NCBI GenBank assembly: GCA_030704615.1
Contig: CM060732.1
Coordinates: forward strand, 31,744,001-31,808,000
Origin: Takakia lepidozioides
Taxonomy: Eukaryota > Plantae > Bryophyta
Direction of reading: 5' to 3'
Length of the DNA stretch: 64,000 bases
Shown here: positions 11,101-25,259 of the stretch, piece after piece
How positions within the stretch are numbered: position 1 is the first letter of the stretch
How the letters are laid out: each line of letters begins with the position of its first letter
Translations under genes and position numbers: made by a program
Notes under the pieces: generated by a model
The model's database searches: none
The model's input: the letters and a program-made list of their open reading frames with translations, nothing else
Told to the model about the DNA's origin: nothing

Positions 11101-14100
11101 CTCACTTAGGAACAGTTTTGCAGGGGACACAGTCAAACCTGGATCAATGTTACCTCTTCCACTGTTAGAATGTCTAACTGTTAACAACCTCCCTGTTGTT
11201 TTTACAGAGCTGAATGTGATGTGGAGTGGGATCCATGCACAAACTGGCTATTGTAAGCTGAAGAAGCCTGCAAACCACACAGCTGGGGTGGTTTGCAGGC
11301 ACAGCAAAAACTTGTACATTTCAGGAAGGAAATGTGAGATTGTGTTCAAGGATATTGGGAGGGGAGCGTGAGGCTCTGACAGCGGCTTAACTTACCAGGA
11401 AGTGTGTGCCACTTCGATAAGTAGCGAAGAGAAGCAAGAAGAAGTTGCTTCCATGTGCCACAGTCAGGTGCATTGACAGCAGCAATTTGTCTGTTGTGGT
11501 CTCATTCGTTCTCCTCAACGGAACACAGAACGGCCGCCTGCTGTGCCCAACACCCTGCCTAGTTCAGCGCTTCTGCACATACGGTAATATTCCACTAAAA
11601 TAGTGAGGCGGTGGTGACGTGCTGAAAATCCACAAACTTTTGCTGTGAGGCCGCCACCAACTGGAGATGGACTGATCCCTCAAACATCAGTTGTCAGTTA
11701 AGTATGTCGATATCTTCGCCTCAAATTTCGTCTTACATTGGAACAGTGACTAACTAAGCACTTACTTACCTGCAAGATCAGCACATAAGATTTATTTGGG
11801 CTTTGCCGTGTGATGCAATGGGCGATCTTTCATTTTAGCCTCGTCGAAATTCAGAACTGACCAAAGTGTTCCCTGCTAATTAGTAAGGAATCCACTTACG
11901 ATTTACAATCCGTCCTCCAAATTGCAATCCTTACAATCATCATGTAACTTTGACCGTCAATCGCTCGCATGCACGTTTCCGTAGGATACCTACCCAGGAT
12001 TTTACATGCTTTGGGTGTCTCTCAGTAGCTGCAGTAGATGTCTCCTTCTACCAACGGTTGCCTGACTTGAGACTCCTGGCGCTTGCCCAGTGATCGTTGG
12101 AAAAGCTTCTCGCAAGAGTCAGCGACTCAGCTGAATGCCTCCATCAAATATCCGTTACGGCAGACAAGCCAGGGCTTTCATAAACAGTCAGTGACAGGCC
12201 CGTGCAGTTATTTCAAGACGAGCAGCAAAGATAGAGAGTAGGTACCCCACTGCACTTTTGTCAGGCTTTTCTTAGTCAAGTAATTTCCCAGGCACTGGGT
12301 TAACTTTCCCAGGCTCCTTTCAGCCGCCAATAAAGAGTATTTATCACTCTAATTAATGGCTCATGAGTCTGGTTGCGAAGAGATTACTCCATCATTTCAA
12401 ACACCCAGGAGAAATTCAATGAGCCTCCTAATCTCTTTCATTGGCGCTTCTATAAATGGGCGAGAAAGTTCGCATAAAACCCTATTTGTTTCGGTTGCCA
12501 CTGCACATGTGACTCACCATCGGGCCTACCTTTGATGGAGAACCTACTTACCGATGTTTCCTCCAGCTCCAAATTTAGTTGAAGTACCCCAGTTCGTAGT
12601 TTCAGAAGTACTGAAGCAATACTGAGGAAACCCACCTACTTCGGATGGGGCCCCGGAACCTTCCATTGCGGGGCAAAACAAACACTGCACCCAAAGATGT
12701 GCACACAGCCAATGCCATGACAGCTGCGATGAGCTTGGATTTTAAATAGCCCATATTATAATAACAGCAGTCGGGGTGCTGTCAATGTCCTTTGTAGACT
12801 TGAATGGATGCAATTACTCTTCATGCCATGTTGCAGTCTTGGAGCAGGACTTCTGCAAATGCCTGGCCTTGGTTCACCCAACAATTAGGCTACCGCGAAG
12901 TAGTGTGTATGGACAAAGTACTGTTATAATAGCCCCCAGAATGGATGCCGTAGTTAGGATTGGAGCGCTTATTACAATGAACACTAAATATCCTGTAGGA
13001 AGCGTCATACTGCAGTTCAACAAGGAAGCGTCATAGTTCCTAGAACCGATCACTTTGGATCCAATTTGACACCTCTGGTATCTATCTACTGGGCCACTGG
13101 CGAAACAATTACTCCAAGCTGCGGAGCAGGCTGTCAAACTGACCAGAAATCTTCCTGAACCTGCGCCCTAACACAACAAGGATACTTATTACTCCAATCA
13201 TAGTACAAGATTGGTTTCATCACCTGTGCCATGGTTTCGTCACCTGTGCCTACTCAAAACTCTTCCACCCTTTCATACGCCATGCAATTCTAGAACAATT
13301 CAGGCTCTGCACTCTTCGTGGATCAAATACGAGCTCCGATCGATGGCGATGGAGATACTTAGCAGGCAAGTCATCAGACCCCCGCTGCCACCATCGCGTC
13401 CTTGCCCCTGCCCCATCCCCCTCTCTGTGGTGGCGGCGCCTTCCTCCCGTGGGGGCATTCCACGTGGCGAGTTGTACCACACGTGTCTGCACGACTGTAA
13501 ATATTCACAGCTGTAACTCAGTCATATCGGATGGATGGACAGGTAATGGACGGACAGATAGCATCATCCACGATGGGCATGCCCAATGATGATGGTGATG
13601 ATGATGGTAATCAGTCCATGGCCCGGAAACCCATGGAGCGACCATTTTTTATCTACTTAATATTAACCTACTAAATCTAATCTGATTTCCGTTACTATCT
13701 CGCGTATAGCGTGGGTATCGGGAACTGTACAGAGTAGTAATGGGTGGGAGCCAGTTAGAGGCTGCCACGAGGGCGAGTGGGGAGCCACGTATTTGTGGAC
13801 GTGCCAAGTACTTTGAAACGCGCGCATGTCTTTTTTTTCTTACCGCGGGTACGGTAAGAAAAACATCACACCACCTTTCTTGGCGTATTATCTACTTATG
13901 TATTTTTAATGAACCCTGACCTTCTTCGGCCGAAGAACAGGGACCCGTGGTAGGCAACATGCAGCAGACGACGAGGGCAGTCTGAGCACGGAGGGTGGCG
14001 GCGGAGCTCCACGCTCGTGTCATGACGCTGCTTGTCTGTCGCACACATCCTCATGTTAACTTACCTCCACGCTCTCGGAAAATGCGAGACTTGCTTTCCT

Positions 14101-14164
14101 GTTCATTTCTCTGCTGCCGCTGTGCGTGTCCATTGTTTCTGGCTCTGCTATATATTAGACTCTA

Positions 14165-14720
14165 AATCGGTGGCAAGTGTGTCTGTGTGCTGGAGCTTCA
14201 GTTTCCGATATTTTTGGAACTTCTGCCTCTGCAAACTCCCTTCTTGGTAGCTACGCTTACCTTCAACCATTTCTCTCCTCCTCTCTCTTCCAAACCTGCC
14301 GCCGTACACGTTGAAGGTTCTGTGTAGCAGCACTAAATGTGCTGGAGAATCGGTGGCTAGTCTGTGTGCTGGAGCGTCAATTTCGGATAATTTTTGAAAC
14401 TTCTACCTCTGCAGCCTCCCTTCTTGGTACTAACCTTTAACCATATCGCTCTTTCTCTCTCTACCAAACTTGCTGGCGTACATGCTGACGGCTCTGTGTT
14501 GCGGCACTGTGCGTATCCCTGCTTCATGCTCTGTTATTCATTACACTGAGGATCGGTGGTGAAAGTGTCTGTGCTGGAGCTTCAATTCCAGACATCCTTT
14601 GGAACTTCTGCCTCTGCAGCCTCCTCCCTTCTTGGTACTCACCTTGGACCATCTCTCTCTCTCTCTCTCCCCCCCCCCAAGACGTGCTGCCGTACACGTT
14701 GAAGGCTCTTTGTGGCAGCT
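14165..14720 (+). repeat. Three diverged ~160-170-bp tandem copies upstream of the XTH ATG
   Basis: Unit ATCGGTGG...GTGCTGGAGC...AACTTCT(G/A)CCTCTGCA...CCCTTCTTGGTA...(CT)n...CGTACA at ~14165, ~14349 and ~14551. Confidence 0.85.
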
Positions 14721-14952
14721 GTTTATGAACTGGACTTGAAGAACGGAGTCGACGTCTTTGGTGGAGATACTGGCCACATTTCCAGCTGGTTCAGTGTCTT
14801 CAGTTGGTATATGTGTCTAACTTGATTTATACACTTTTCCCTCGTCATTTTGGTGGAGGTTTTCTGTCGAAGTGGTTTCTTCTCTTCACACGGCCGAGTT
14901 CTGTTAGAGGAACTACCATTGACGCCCGGCCGTGAAACTGTCGTAGATAAAC

Positions 14953-17026
14953 ATGGAAAGCTCGTGTGAACTACGGACTGTAGGCAGGCGAGGAAACACT
15001 GGTGTCGTCCTGTTGCTATTAGGATCGCTTGTGATGTTGTCGAGCGTAGTCATGGGACGCACGGAGCACGAGGCTAAACACATAGCAGCGGGAACGTTTC
15101 ATCAACACTTTTGGACCACCTCCGATGCTGGCCACTACAGGGTTGCTGATGATGGCGAGTCGGTACATCTGGTGCTCGATCGTGAGTCAGGTGGATGCTT
15201 TTCCCCTGTGACCTATTTCCATTCCTGCATGGTATTGTCAGCATTATAGTGGGTCCTCTATGAGGTTCATGGCTCTGCCTAAGCCCCGAAACACTTTCTG
15301 TGATTTTTCACCGTCGGGGATTGGCATGTCATTCATGTGCTTTAAATGTTTGTGATTCTGCTGGTGAAGCTACATGGTCTCATCCTCCAACAACTGCAAA
15401 GCCTGAAGTTGAAAGTGGCAACTTCTTTCGTTCGAGACATTACCCGTACACCGCATTGAGTGTGTCATTACGTACTGCATCTGTGGCTAAGTGCTTGACA
15501 AAAACACCTTTTGCGCATCATTGGCCTGCTTTATGCCTGATAACGTCTTCAAATTTTCTATAAGCTGGTGAATCTCAACTACCTGTGTTTCACTGGGAGC
15601 CGTGTTAAGGTTGCATTTCAGTGTTTTGTTCTTACCATAACCTGTCCCTGGTTGGAATTTGTTAGCTTCGGGATTTGCGTCGAGGACAAGGTATTTGTTC
15701 GGACGTATCAGCATACGAATGAAGTTACATCCAGGCAATTCAGCAGGCACAGTCACGACTTTCTACGTAAGCTATCAATACTCCAATCATTCACTTTGTG
15801 CTCTGCGTACAGGATTCATACATGTATTAGCAAACATGTGCAGAGGATTTCTCCTTTTCTACCTTCTTTTCCTGCCAAGGATGATTGAAGACTGAATGTT
15901 TGTCTAATGCAGGTCTACTGGTTACTGAATGTGTGTGGCTTGTTGTAGACTTCTTCATTGAGTGGGAAGCATGATGAGCTCGACTTCGAGTTTCTTGGAA
16001 ATGAGACAGGCGAGCCGTATGTTCTGCAAACCAATGTCTACGCAGGAGGGGTTGGTGACCGAGAGCAGAGAATCAACCTCTGGTTCGACCCAACTACTGA
16101 GTTTCATACTTACTCTCTCCACTGGAATAAGCATCTTATTATGTAAGATAACTTCACCTCTGCCCTTCCTTGCCCAATCTAGATTGGCGTATTTCATTGC
16201 ATATGTTGGAGAGGTCAATGAGTGCATGGAAGGCCCTTCAAGTGATTTTTGGCTTGTGAAGTTTTTCTGCCAAGAGTTCAGTACTTCCAATCAATTATCA
16301 ACGAGAAGAAGCTGTCATGGTGTTCAGGGAGGGATGCTGGTTTTGGTGAAAATGTCAAAAAACTCAAAAAGTAACTTGCAGGATTTGAGGAGCGGGTGTG
16401 AGTGTGGTGTGCTGCTCAGTTAACAGTGACCTGCGAACCCAATGGAGTACCTGACAGACGTTGGAGGATTTGTGGTGTTCTAAATGAGTATGGTCAGATA
16501 TTCTTAATTATTAGTGACCTATCAAACATCAACTTTTGACACCTGACTGTGATTGTGGCAATGCAGTTTTATGGTGGACAATACACCAATTCGACTGTAC
16601 AGAAATAATGAGGACTTGGGTGTTCCTTACCCCAATAGGCAGCCAATGAGTGTTTTTGCGAGCCTGTGGAATGGTGACCAATGGGCCACCCAGTATGGAG
16701 CGGTGAAGCTTAACTGGTCTTATGCTCCGTTTGTGGCCAGCTATCAGAGTTATGCTGCAAAAGGATGCGAGGTTTCTTGGTACAGTGGTGACATTACACA
16801 CTGCATTTCCAAAGACTCGGACAATCTACTGAATGAGGCTACCTTGCATTCTTTGGATCGCACACTTTTGGCTCGGTTACAATGGGTTCGTGACAACATG
16901 ATGTTCTACGACTACTGTACTGACAGATGGCGATATCCCACACCTCACCCTGAGTGTAGCCGGAATTCTGGACAGGCACTTTCAGTTTCAGGTGACCCAG
17001 TGACTAGTCAATCTCAAGCCTCTTGA
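14953..17026 (+). CDS. XTH: Xyloglucan endotransglucosylase/hydrolase (GH16), 4 exons: 14953-15190, 15666-15766, 15949-16142, 16567-17026
   Basis: Signal-peptide-like N-terminus, catalytic [21 protein letters not shown]-terminal [11 protein letters not shown]...PEC. GT-AG introns; internal exons of 101 and 194 nt are the lengths typical of XTH genes. Confidence 0.96.
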
Positions 17027-19299
17027 CTTGAATAACTCTCTACGAGGAAGGCAAAACAACAACAAAAGCATGGACTCAAATGCTAGAGTTCATGTATTCA
17101 CTGTGATTTATTATGGGGTCAGGTGCATAACCAATTCTAGGAGAGCTCTACAGAAAAGCTGGAGGACTGGAAATGGAATCTGTACCAGTCCCTTCCACAT
17201 GTTTGTGAAGCTGTATGATGACGTTCGGGTAAGATGATGTTCATGGACTGTTTCTATGGGGAGCTCACCAAGCTCTATCAGGTGTTTAGTAGAGGAATCT
17301 TATTCCTTTTAAGTCTTTGGTGGACGAAGTTGTGTTGGGGGGAGGGGGAGAGAGGTAAAGCTATTGATCTCGAGAGTATGATTAGAATGGGACACTCGCG
17401 CAAGTGTTCACCTCCGTCAGTGCATTTTGCATGGAGAAGTGATACAGACGGACTGCTTTTGTGTGATCAGGCGATGATTAGGTGGTCCCATAACCTAGGC
17501 CTTGGACACCTGTTCGTTCTACAGAGTGAGACTGGGATGGAAGTAGGAACTTGATTATCTTCTATAGTCCTGGACATCTCGAAATCCCCTTGGCAGATCG
17601 ACGCTAATAACACACTGGCCTCTGGCCTCCAGATTTAGCATTTATTCAACTATCACATGTTCCTTGGTTTGTTCAGCTTGTGGTTTCCATTTGAATGTTC
17701 ATCTGGTTCTCTCTGCAGTGGGCTGCCTGACGTCTATAGTATGGAATTGTACTTGGTCGTTGTCAGAGTCGTTACTTTCTTAACAGGTGTGGCAATGCAA
17801 ATTGAGGTGGCGGTATGGGAAAACCAGCTCTGTACAGATGAACGACTGTGCACAGCAGAGTTGTTACCTTGGCCCCGAATGACTTAGCCTGTAGAGACCT
17901 GAATAGGAGGAATGACTGTGCTCTAAGTAGATAGTAGTAGATGACGGTGATAGTCTTCGAGTAAATTCATTCATGCACGTCTTCAAGTAATGTGAGGAGG
18001 TTTTCATCCCCTGCTTTCGAAGACGATTCCATCTAAATGGCATTTTCAGACATGCCTATGCAAAGGATTCCCATTCAGTTAATAACATGTGCATGAAATC
18101 CATGCAAGTGATGGCATACAGATTGGGACTCCCCCTTCTCAACCTCCAACTTCACAGCAGCCTTCTGTTTGCAGGGACTCGTTCATCAGCCGTCTGAATG
18201 AAGCTCGGGACCTCGGGTCACCTCACCATGGCCCGACGTGCTAGCCGTAGCACCCGCCAGCAATGGAGTGATCCGCCTGATTAGGGCAGTGGGCACAGAA
18301 GCTCTTGCCATGTTCTGATGCCTTTTCACGAATTTCCGACTTGAAGCAGCCATAACTTTGTCTCCGTCTGGCCAATGAAGCTCGGGCAGGTGACGTTCGG
18401 AAGCTATCAATCCGGACTTGGCTACAATCTTCCTGTTGACAGCTCTTCAACTGGACCTGCAATCAGGAGTTATGGCTGTTCGGAAACAATGGTGCGAGGA
18501 AACAATGGTGCGAGGTCGGCGTACTAAGACATTAGGGTTAAGAGTGGGGAGGAAACCACAAGGAAAATTAAGCTTGTGAACTTCATCAACTTTCACCATA
18601 ACAGAATGAACTTGGGCGCCACATTTCAGTGTAACCGACTAGTCTCTTTGAAGGTGAGTATCACAAGGCATATGGGAAATCAGAGTTGATAACACAGACA
18701 CATTGGGGTTACTGCATTATGTCACTGGCGCACCAAATGTGCTTGTTCACATCAGAACACAGCGCCAAAAGAACTAGTGAAGTTTTGGTTGTCAGAGAGT
18801 AATTTAGCATGGTCCTCTTAACGGTAGAAGGTTTGAATTGAGAATTGATCTATCGTCTCAATGAAGCAGCATCTAGGTCCACAACGGAGATGCGTCTTGG
18901 GAGGAAAGCAAGTATCAGCCAGAGTTGGTCTGCCAGGCCCTCATCCCAAACTGGCCATCCTTCTGCTAATAAGTATCAGTCTCCAAAATCTCAACTCCAA
19001 TATCTTCCCTCACATGTCAGGAGATTCGATGTGGGGGCGGATGAGGATAGTGCAGGACAGTATCAATTAAAGGATGATGAGCGAGATTAATGCATGCGAG
19101 ACAAAGACAAAGTAATGACGGCGCGGGGCTTCGATATAATTGGTGAGGGAAAAATAAGCAAATGTAAACTCGGGATTCTTTGGCAAAGCTCCAAGTTAGT
19201 AGTGCAGAGGTGTCGAGAGAATAGTTGTAGTTGTACGCCCACAGGTATCTAACTGCACTGGGCCGCAGCACAGAGGGGACATGGCCCTAACTAAGAACG

Positions 19300-20850
19300 G
19301 CTTGCGAATCATGTTTGAGCCAGCTCAACCCTGGGGATCCTCAAATTCACTCGGAAGGGATCGTCGTGCGGGTACTTACGCCTCCTCTCTGCATTCGATT
19401 AAGATCGTAGAGAACCGAGCAGCAGTTTGCAACATCCGGATCCTGTGAAGATCGGGGCATCACGGGGATCGATCATAGTTCCGCTGGATTTATCCATGGT
19501 CTGTATGCGAATGTACACTGATGGGGTGAGCATAGATAATGCAGGTATCTAGCCTGAAGTACTCAAGTCGCCGAATTTCCGGGTAAGTTCTTTTTCTACG
19601 TCTGAGATCTGAGAGATTTGTCCATGGATACAGTACCTGCAAGGGGGTAGGCCTGAATTTGTGGCGTGAAACAGTAAACTTCTTGAGTAGAGCAATGTCA
19701 CTTGTGCCGTTTTAGTAGAGCGATTTATGTGTGAGTAAACTGATTAGCATGAAAATGCGCCCATGGAGACTCTTTGGGTGCTAGTGCAAGTGAGAGAAAG
19801 TGACAGGAGCGATGTGTTTCTTTCGCAGGTTACATGTATCTGATGACTCCCAGGGGCTGCATGCTATAATGAAATACAAACGAACAATGGTGCATATGGT
19901 GAGGTCTGGCCGGTTGCTGGAGGGGCCTTCTGCGCGTCTTTCAGTACTCTATTTTGACAGTACATCAGCATTTACTGTATTAGTACATGCTACACCGCTA
20001 GGTACCCCTCCAAAATTAAGTACGCTTTTGCCAAGCAGCTTCCCACACGGAAAGAAATATGATGCTGTTACTTGTACGTTAACCTATAAGATGTGCTGAA
20101 TTGTGCGCAGTATACTCGTGATCTGGCGATGTGCTGTGGTGTGTGCACCTGCGTTGGACGTGGACAGGGAAATTCCTGGCAGCAGCATGCAGGAGCATGG
20201 TGCCAAGCTGTGAGTGCCACCTTTCTGTGTTGTTGCCTTCAATATCAAATTGATTGCCTCTTCCTAGTTTGTAAACTGTAAACCTTCAACGTTGACTTGG
20301 AACTGCCTACTAAATTGTTGGGGTCATGACCATCACTGTCTATCCAATGCAGACTGATGTAGACACTGGTCAATATATTCCGATGTGGGTCTCAACAGCA
20401 GAAAAGTAACCCAGTACTGTTCACAATGTCCATCTTGGCAGTCTTTCTTCTTGGGCCTTCCATTCCGACGCTGCATTCAACAAAGTCTGAGGGCTATGGC
20501 CAGTCGAACAGTTTCGAACGGCTTGCTTGTTTTGCCGTCTCGTCATCTCTCATTGATTTCATCGATCGTGGATCTTCTTCCCTGCAGCCGCACGGTAGTT
20601 CATTGAGCTGTTAGCTGATTTAATGTTCTGACTCTAATATCAGCAGCTGCTGATAGATGGACATCGCTCGTCACGGCTGAGTTAGCACTTGCTTCTTAAC
20701 TACAGTTGCACCACATGGAGATTCGCTTCTCAGAGCTCTGTTGTTTGAGATGAAAAGGTTGCAGGCGAGGCAGTCATTTCTGACAACATGGGATCGAGAC
20801 TCTATGCGACCACCCCACACAGACCTCATCTTGAGGTCTACAGATTCTGG
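19300..20850 (+). repeat. Segmental duplicate of the BTB-gene 5' region; paralogous to 59506-59800 (inverted) and 60688-61300 (direct)
   Basis: Long shared blocks, e.g. CATGGAGATTCGCTTCTCAGAGCTCTG at ~20714 and ~61181, and AAAAGAACTTACCC...TAGATACCTGCA in opposite orientation at ~19590 and ~59512. Confidence 0.85.
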
Positions 20851-21357
20851 AGAGGTCCATGCACACAGAGCTGCTCTGGTATTCTTTTCTTACAAGTGTT
20901 TTGAAATATGCTTATAATACTAGATGGGACACTGCGCACATGTTGCTGACTTGTGAACTTCATGCAGGGACTGGAGAGGTCCACACACATTTATGCATTC
21001 TCTATCTCCAATTCCCTGGCCTCCACCTAATCATTGCTGTTACCAAATGACCTTTTGTTCCCTCTCTCTCAAACACACATTCCTAACACATGTCTTTCTT
21101 TCGTTCTCATATGTGCAAATTCATGTTCGCAGGTGGGCAAGTCCAAAGTGTTCAAGGCTATGTTTCTGCACGAGATGGAAGAATCACGCACAGGAGTGGT
21201 GCAAATGGAAATGGAGCATTTGGTCCTTGAAGCATTTGTTAAATTTTTTTACACAGGTCATGTGGAGGCTGACAGCGCAAGGAAGAAGCCTGTCCCCGAA
21301 GAAGGATGGGATCTGCCCATCAGAGGAGGAGCTGTGGCTCTCATGCGCGAGTCCTGA
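20750..21357 (+). pseudogene. BTB/POZ-domain protein, 3'-truncated (exons ~20750-20878 and 21133-21357)
   Basis: TDLILRSTDSGEVHAHRAAL|VGKSKVFKAMFLHEMEESRTGVVQMEMEHLVLEAFVKFFYTG, then loss of similarity before the usual AADKY helix. Confidence 0.75.
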
Positions 21358-22149
21358 TGGCCTCTCATATTGAGCTGCCCGTTTGCAGGAGGAGTCATTG
21401 GTACTAGGAGAAGCACAAAAGAGCACCACACTAAGAAGCACTAAAAGAGCCCCACACTAAGAAGCACCCTTAAAAGCAGTACAGGAGAAGGCGCACTCCC
21501 CTGATCCTAGAGATTAGCTGAAAGGAGGGGCACTTAAGACGGAATAACCCTAGAGCAATTGATATTAGAGAAGCCAGGAAACAGATCGAGAGGCAAGCAC
21601 GCTTCAGCCTTGAGGCTGCACAGACGGAAGGGTCACCACGATTAAGGGCCACTAAACTCAATCACTAACCGCTAATCTGCACTAAACCAGCGAGATTAGA
21701 CACTGACGGGCGACTGCGAGGAGAGAGGTGAAGAGAAACCTGATTACGATGGGGGACAATGAGGAGTGAGAAAAAGAGTGGGGAAGGGTGGATTCAACGT
21801 GCGATATTAATGCATGACGGCTGCGGTGATAGAGCTCGGAGGGTGACACTAGGGGGAGTGTGGTTTATGATGAGACTATGGAGATGAATGAGGAAAGGCT
21901 TGAAAGGAGAATGGGGGCGAGGATGAGAGAATGTTGATGAAACACCAGAAACATCTTACAAAAAAGAAGGTCAGGCCCAGCATGAAGAGGAGGGGAACGA
22001 TCGGCCCCAGCGACAGGATGGTCTTGTTGTGCTGCGGCATGGGGGACGACAGGATGGTCTTGTTGCGCTGCGGCATGGAATTGAGTTGAGGTAGGCGAGA
22101 GGACCGTTGCGCGCCTCTCCGCCAGTGCTCTCTCCCCCTTCATACCCCT

Positions 22150-22620
22150 ATGCATATTATGTCAAAGAAAAACCACAATTCATGGACCTCCCACAAGTCC
22201 TCCAACGATACAATAAAAAATGATTTCATTTTTATTTTTCTTAAAAATGAATGTGAGGACTTATGCGGTTATTGACCCCTGCGAGTCCTCCAATGACACA
22301 AAGACAGAAAATAATAAATAAAAACTTATGTGGGTAGTGGCGCCCAGATAATTCGTGGACCTTTCACAAGTCTTCTAATAACACACAAAAAAATAAAAAC
22401 AAAAAATATATTTTTCATTTTTTAATATGAGGACTTATGTTGGTGATGACGCTCGCATAATTCATGGACCTCCCATGGACCTCCCACAAGTCCTCCGCTG
22501 ATACAATAAAAAACAAAAATTTCAAATTATTTCAAAAAAAAAAACATATCATGATCTACCATAGCTTTGTAGGTCTAGGAACTATGTGGTCATCAACACC
22601 CACATAAGTCCTCACACCTG
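22150..22620. repeat. Degenerate array of short motifs (CATGGACCTCCCACAAGTCCTC / GAGGACTTATG) with A/T spacers, probably a TE subterminal region
   Basis: The motif recurs in both orientations several times within 470 bp. Confidence 0.55.
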
Positions 22621-22936
22621 ATTATAGGCACATAGTGAATGCACCAATACGATTCCAACTTTTCAAATGTCATTGAGGGTATTCTCACAAGAATAGGTCT
22701 GTCTTTGTCCTCGGGTATAGGCCCCATTTCTAATGTCGTACCGTACCACTTTGTGTTCAAGACCACTAAGCATGATGCCCGGGCTCATAGATTCATGTGA
22801 GCAGGCTCATGGCGTAGCTTCCCTCCGTTCCTGGAGGCCCGAGGGGGCTTTAATGTTTGCATTTTATATATATTGTTTGTTTGCCCAATAGCGCTACTAT
22901 GGCAAACCTCCGACGGTGCTATAGGCGCCACCTACA

Positions 22937-23012
22937 TACCCACCGGGATTCGAACCCAACCCCATATGGGATTGGAGTGCACCTTCTGGCCAGAGTGCTG
23001 CCACTGTGGGCA
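22937..23012 (-). mobile_element. tRNA-derived SINE-like head
   Basis: B-box GGTTCGAATCC on the minus strand and an acceptor-like stem TGCCCAC/GTGGGTA. No canonical cloverleaf; A-rich tract downstream (~22860-22885). Confidence 0.45.
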
Positions 23013-23199
23013 AGAAAAAAATCTCCGTATCAAACAATTTAACCAATTATATATTTAGTTGTGGACGGACCATGCTCCTCAATATAACCTGATACGTTAC
23101 ATTGGCTATCCCAGTTTCATTTATCGACATCCCGCCGTGGGGTGCTTGGATGGCAGATTGTTTAGCGAATGAAATAGGGTGTCGAGAGTACCCAGATGA

Positions 23200-24050
23200 A
23201 AGTCTCATTGTCTTTCTGGCTTTATATATCTGTCGTGGTGCTTTGTTGCCTCTGACCATTATTGCAAGAAGGTTTGCAATAGCAAGCTGGGTATCTGTAG
23301 CTTGACAACGACTCTCTAATTCATTTGCAGTTTACATTCGACGACTCTCCATCCCTAACTCTTCCAATTTCAGAGTCATTCATTCATTTGACTCAATGAC
23401 CATTGCAGTCATCTTCTCATTGCTTTCAAGTTTGTGATGCTCAACTTTAGTAGATCATTTGACAAATTTGCCAATGGCTTCTGTCAGATATGATGCACCA
23501 TAAGACAATGACCGTTTGCGAGTATTTGATTTGTCTGCTATTCTAGGCTTTTTGCATGATGTCGTCTTCGAAGTTAACGGACTTTGCACTGACATTTCCT
23601 CAGATGTTATAATGTCATTATAGGTGGTGACATGTCGTCAACATGAGGCTCGGTGTGTCATATCACAAGAGAGCTAGGACATGCCATAAATTGGGTATCA
23701 TGAACTGTTCTCGCCAAAATTGTCATTTGCATTGGCCCATGATGCTCAACCTTGATCACAACCACCTGACATACCATCTTTTTTTGCTGAATCCCCCATG
23801 ATTTTTGTTGAAAGCAAAGCCAGTCGCTGCATTCACTACATGTTTGCTCTGCAAACAAAGTCTTCAGTCTCTTGTATTCGTGCTTCATCTTCTCAATTTT
23901 GCCCTTGATGAGGGTCTTCGAACGGCAGAGGATAGATGCAGGAGTGGGTGGATTAAAATTTGCGTTATAACATGGCAATTTCTGCAGTGACCTCCATCAA
24001 GATTTCAACTATATTTTTCCAACAAATCAGAACTTCACGTCAGTTTGGTT
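23200..24050 (-). pseudogene. Degenerate Myb/SANT (trihelix-type) DNA-binding protein, like the PIF/Harbinger accessory ORF
   Basis: RSKTLIKGKIEKMKHEYKRLK...SDWLCF followed by a coiled-coil tail (LTEAIGKF...), with many stops and frameshifts. Confidence 0.5.
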
Positions 24051-25259
24051 GGAGTAGGGTTTCTAACTACAATATAAATGTGTACAAATTATGAGATTGC
24101 AAAAATATATATTTTTTATAGAGCAATGGACTTTTAAAGATGATTGTTGTGGACTGCAGATGTTACAGCATAAAATCTTATGGACTAAAAAAAATGGATC
24201 TACACTCATATAATGATAGAAAGGAAAACAAAATAAGTATGTCATTTTAGAAACCAACCCAAATCCACTTTTATATGGACTAATTACCTTATGAATTGAG
24301 AGCTATGAACTATTTTATACCTAAAAAATAGGTTGATTTGCTCTAGTCCATAGCATCTTCTGTTTTGGGTTTTTGGGGTATTATCTTTTATTAAAAAAAA
24401 TACAAACCTATAATCTAGTATGACCAGGTGGTATATGGACAAACGGTTATAAACTCTAAGTTTTGAAGTCTATATGTTTTTTCAAGTTAAAGATTAAAAT
24501 TTATAATAAACAATATCTTCAATATTTGGGGGAGGGGGCTCTTCACTAAAAAATGTTATGTATACTACTGTTTTTTTTTAAAAATAAACTGAAAATACAT
24601 GGTCAAATTTGTTTTTTCCCATGGACTCTCAATGGACTCAACATTTGCCGCGCATCTACCCGGAGCTCAAGTGGCATTTGTCTTGCATGCTTAGTACGGA
24701 TGTGCCATCAATGCCTCGCTGCCAAAATGCTTTTGTTGCATCTTCATCATTCTTCCTCATAGAAACCCAAAATGTTTGCAAGCACCACATCATCTCCTTC
24801 CCAGTGCAATTCCACATCAAGTGCAATGGTTTTTTTCTTCATTTTTCTTCAGAACTCCCAAGGCTTGATTTGGTAGAGGAGCACGCGTAAGTATAGAAGG
24901 TGCAAGTATAGAAGGAGGAGCAGATGTATGAGCAATGGCCAGAGAAATATAAGGAGAATGTGAATCCTCGTGTGAATCTTCATCTGGCATTTGCAAAAAT
25001 GAGTTTGGCTAATCTCATCACCTATCTTGGGCACTTCATCATAATTACAATCTTACACTTGTATGTAATACGTGTTAAAAATGGCTAGATCGCAGTCTCC
25101 TCTGTACAGCTCATTCCTTGTTGCCAATCAATCTTTATCTTCATCTTATAAATAGTGCTTATCATCATAAGTCAGCAGATAAACTTAAAGAGCCACCGGT
25201 TCTATAAATATAGAATAATAGGTACTACCATGACGGTGCCATTATTATCATCAGTGGAA

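Noticed and set aside
602-11780. Scattered minus-strand exon-like segments (602-693, ~11395-11453, ~11770)
   Set aside because: Splice-like signals only; no recognisable protein or consistent gene model.
22937-23012. Functional tRNA gene
   Set aside because: A B-box is present, but D and anticodon arms cannot be folded canonically; better explained as a SINE-like head.
24600-25140. Possible Harbinger nuclease paired with the Myb-like ORF
   Set aside because: No DDE motifs were recognisable in the frames I examined.
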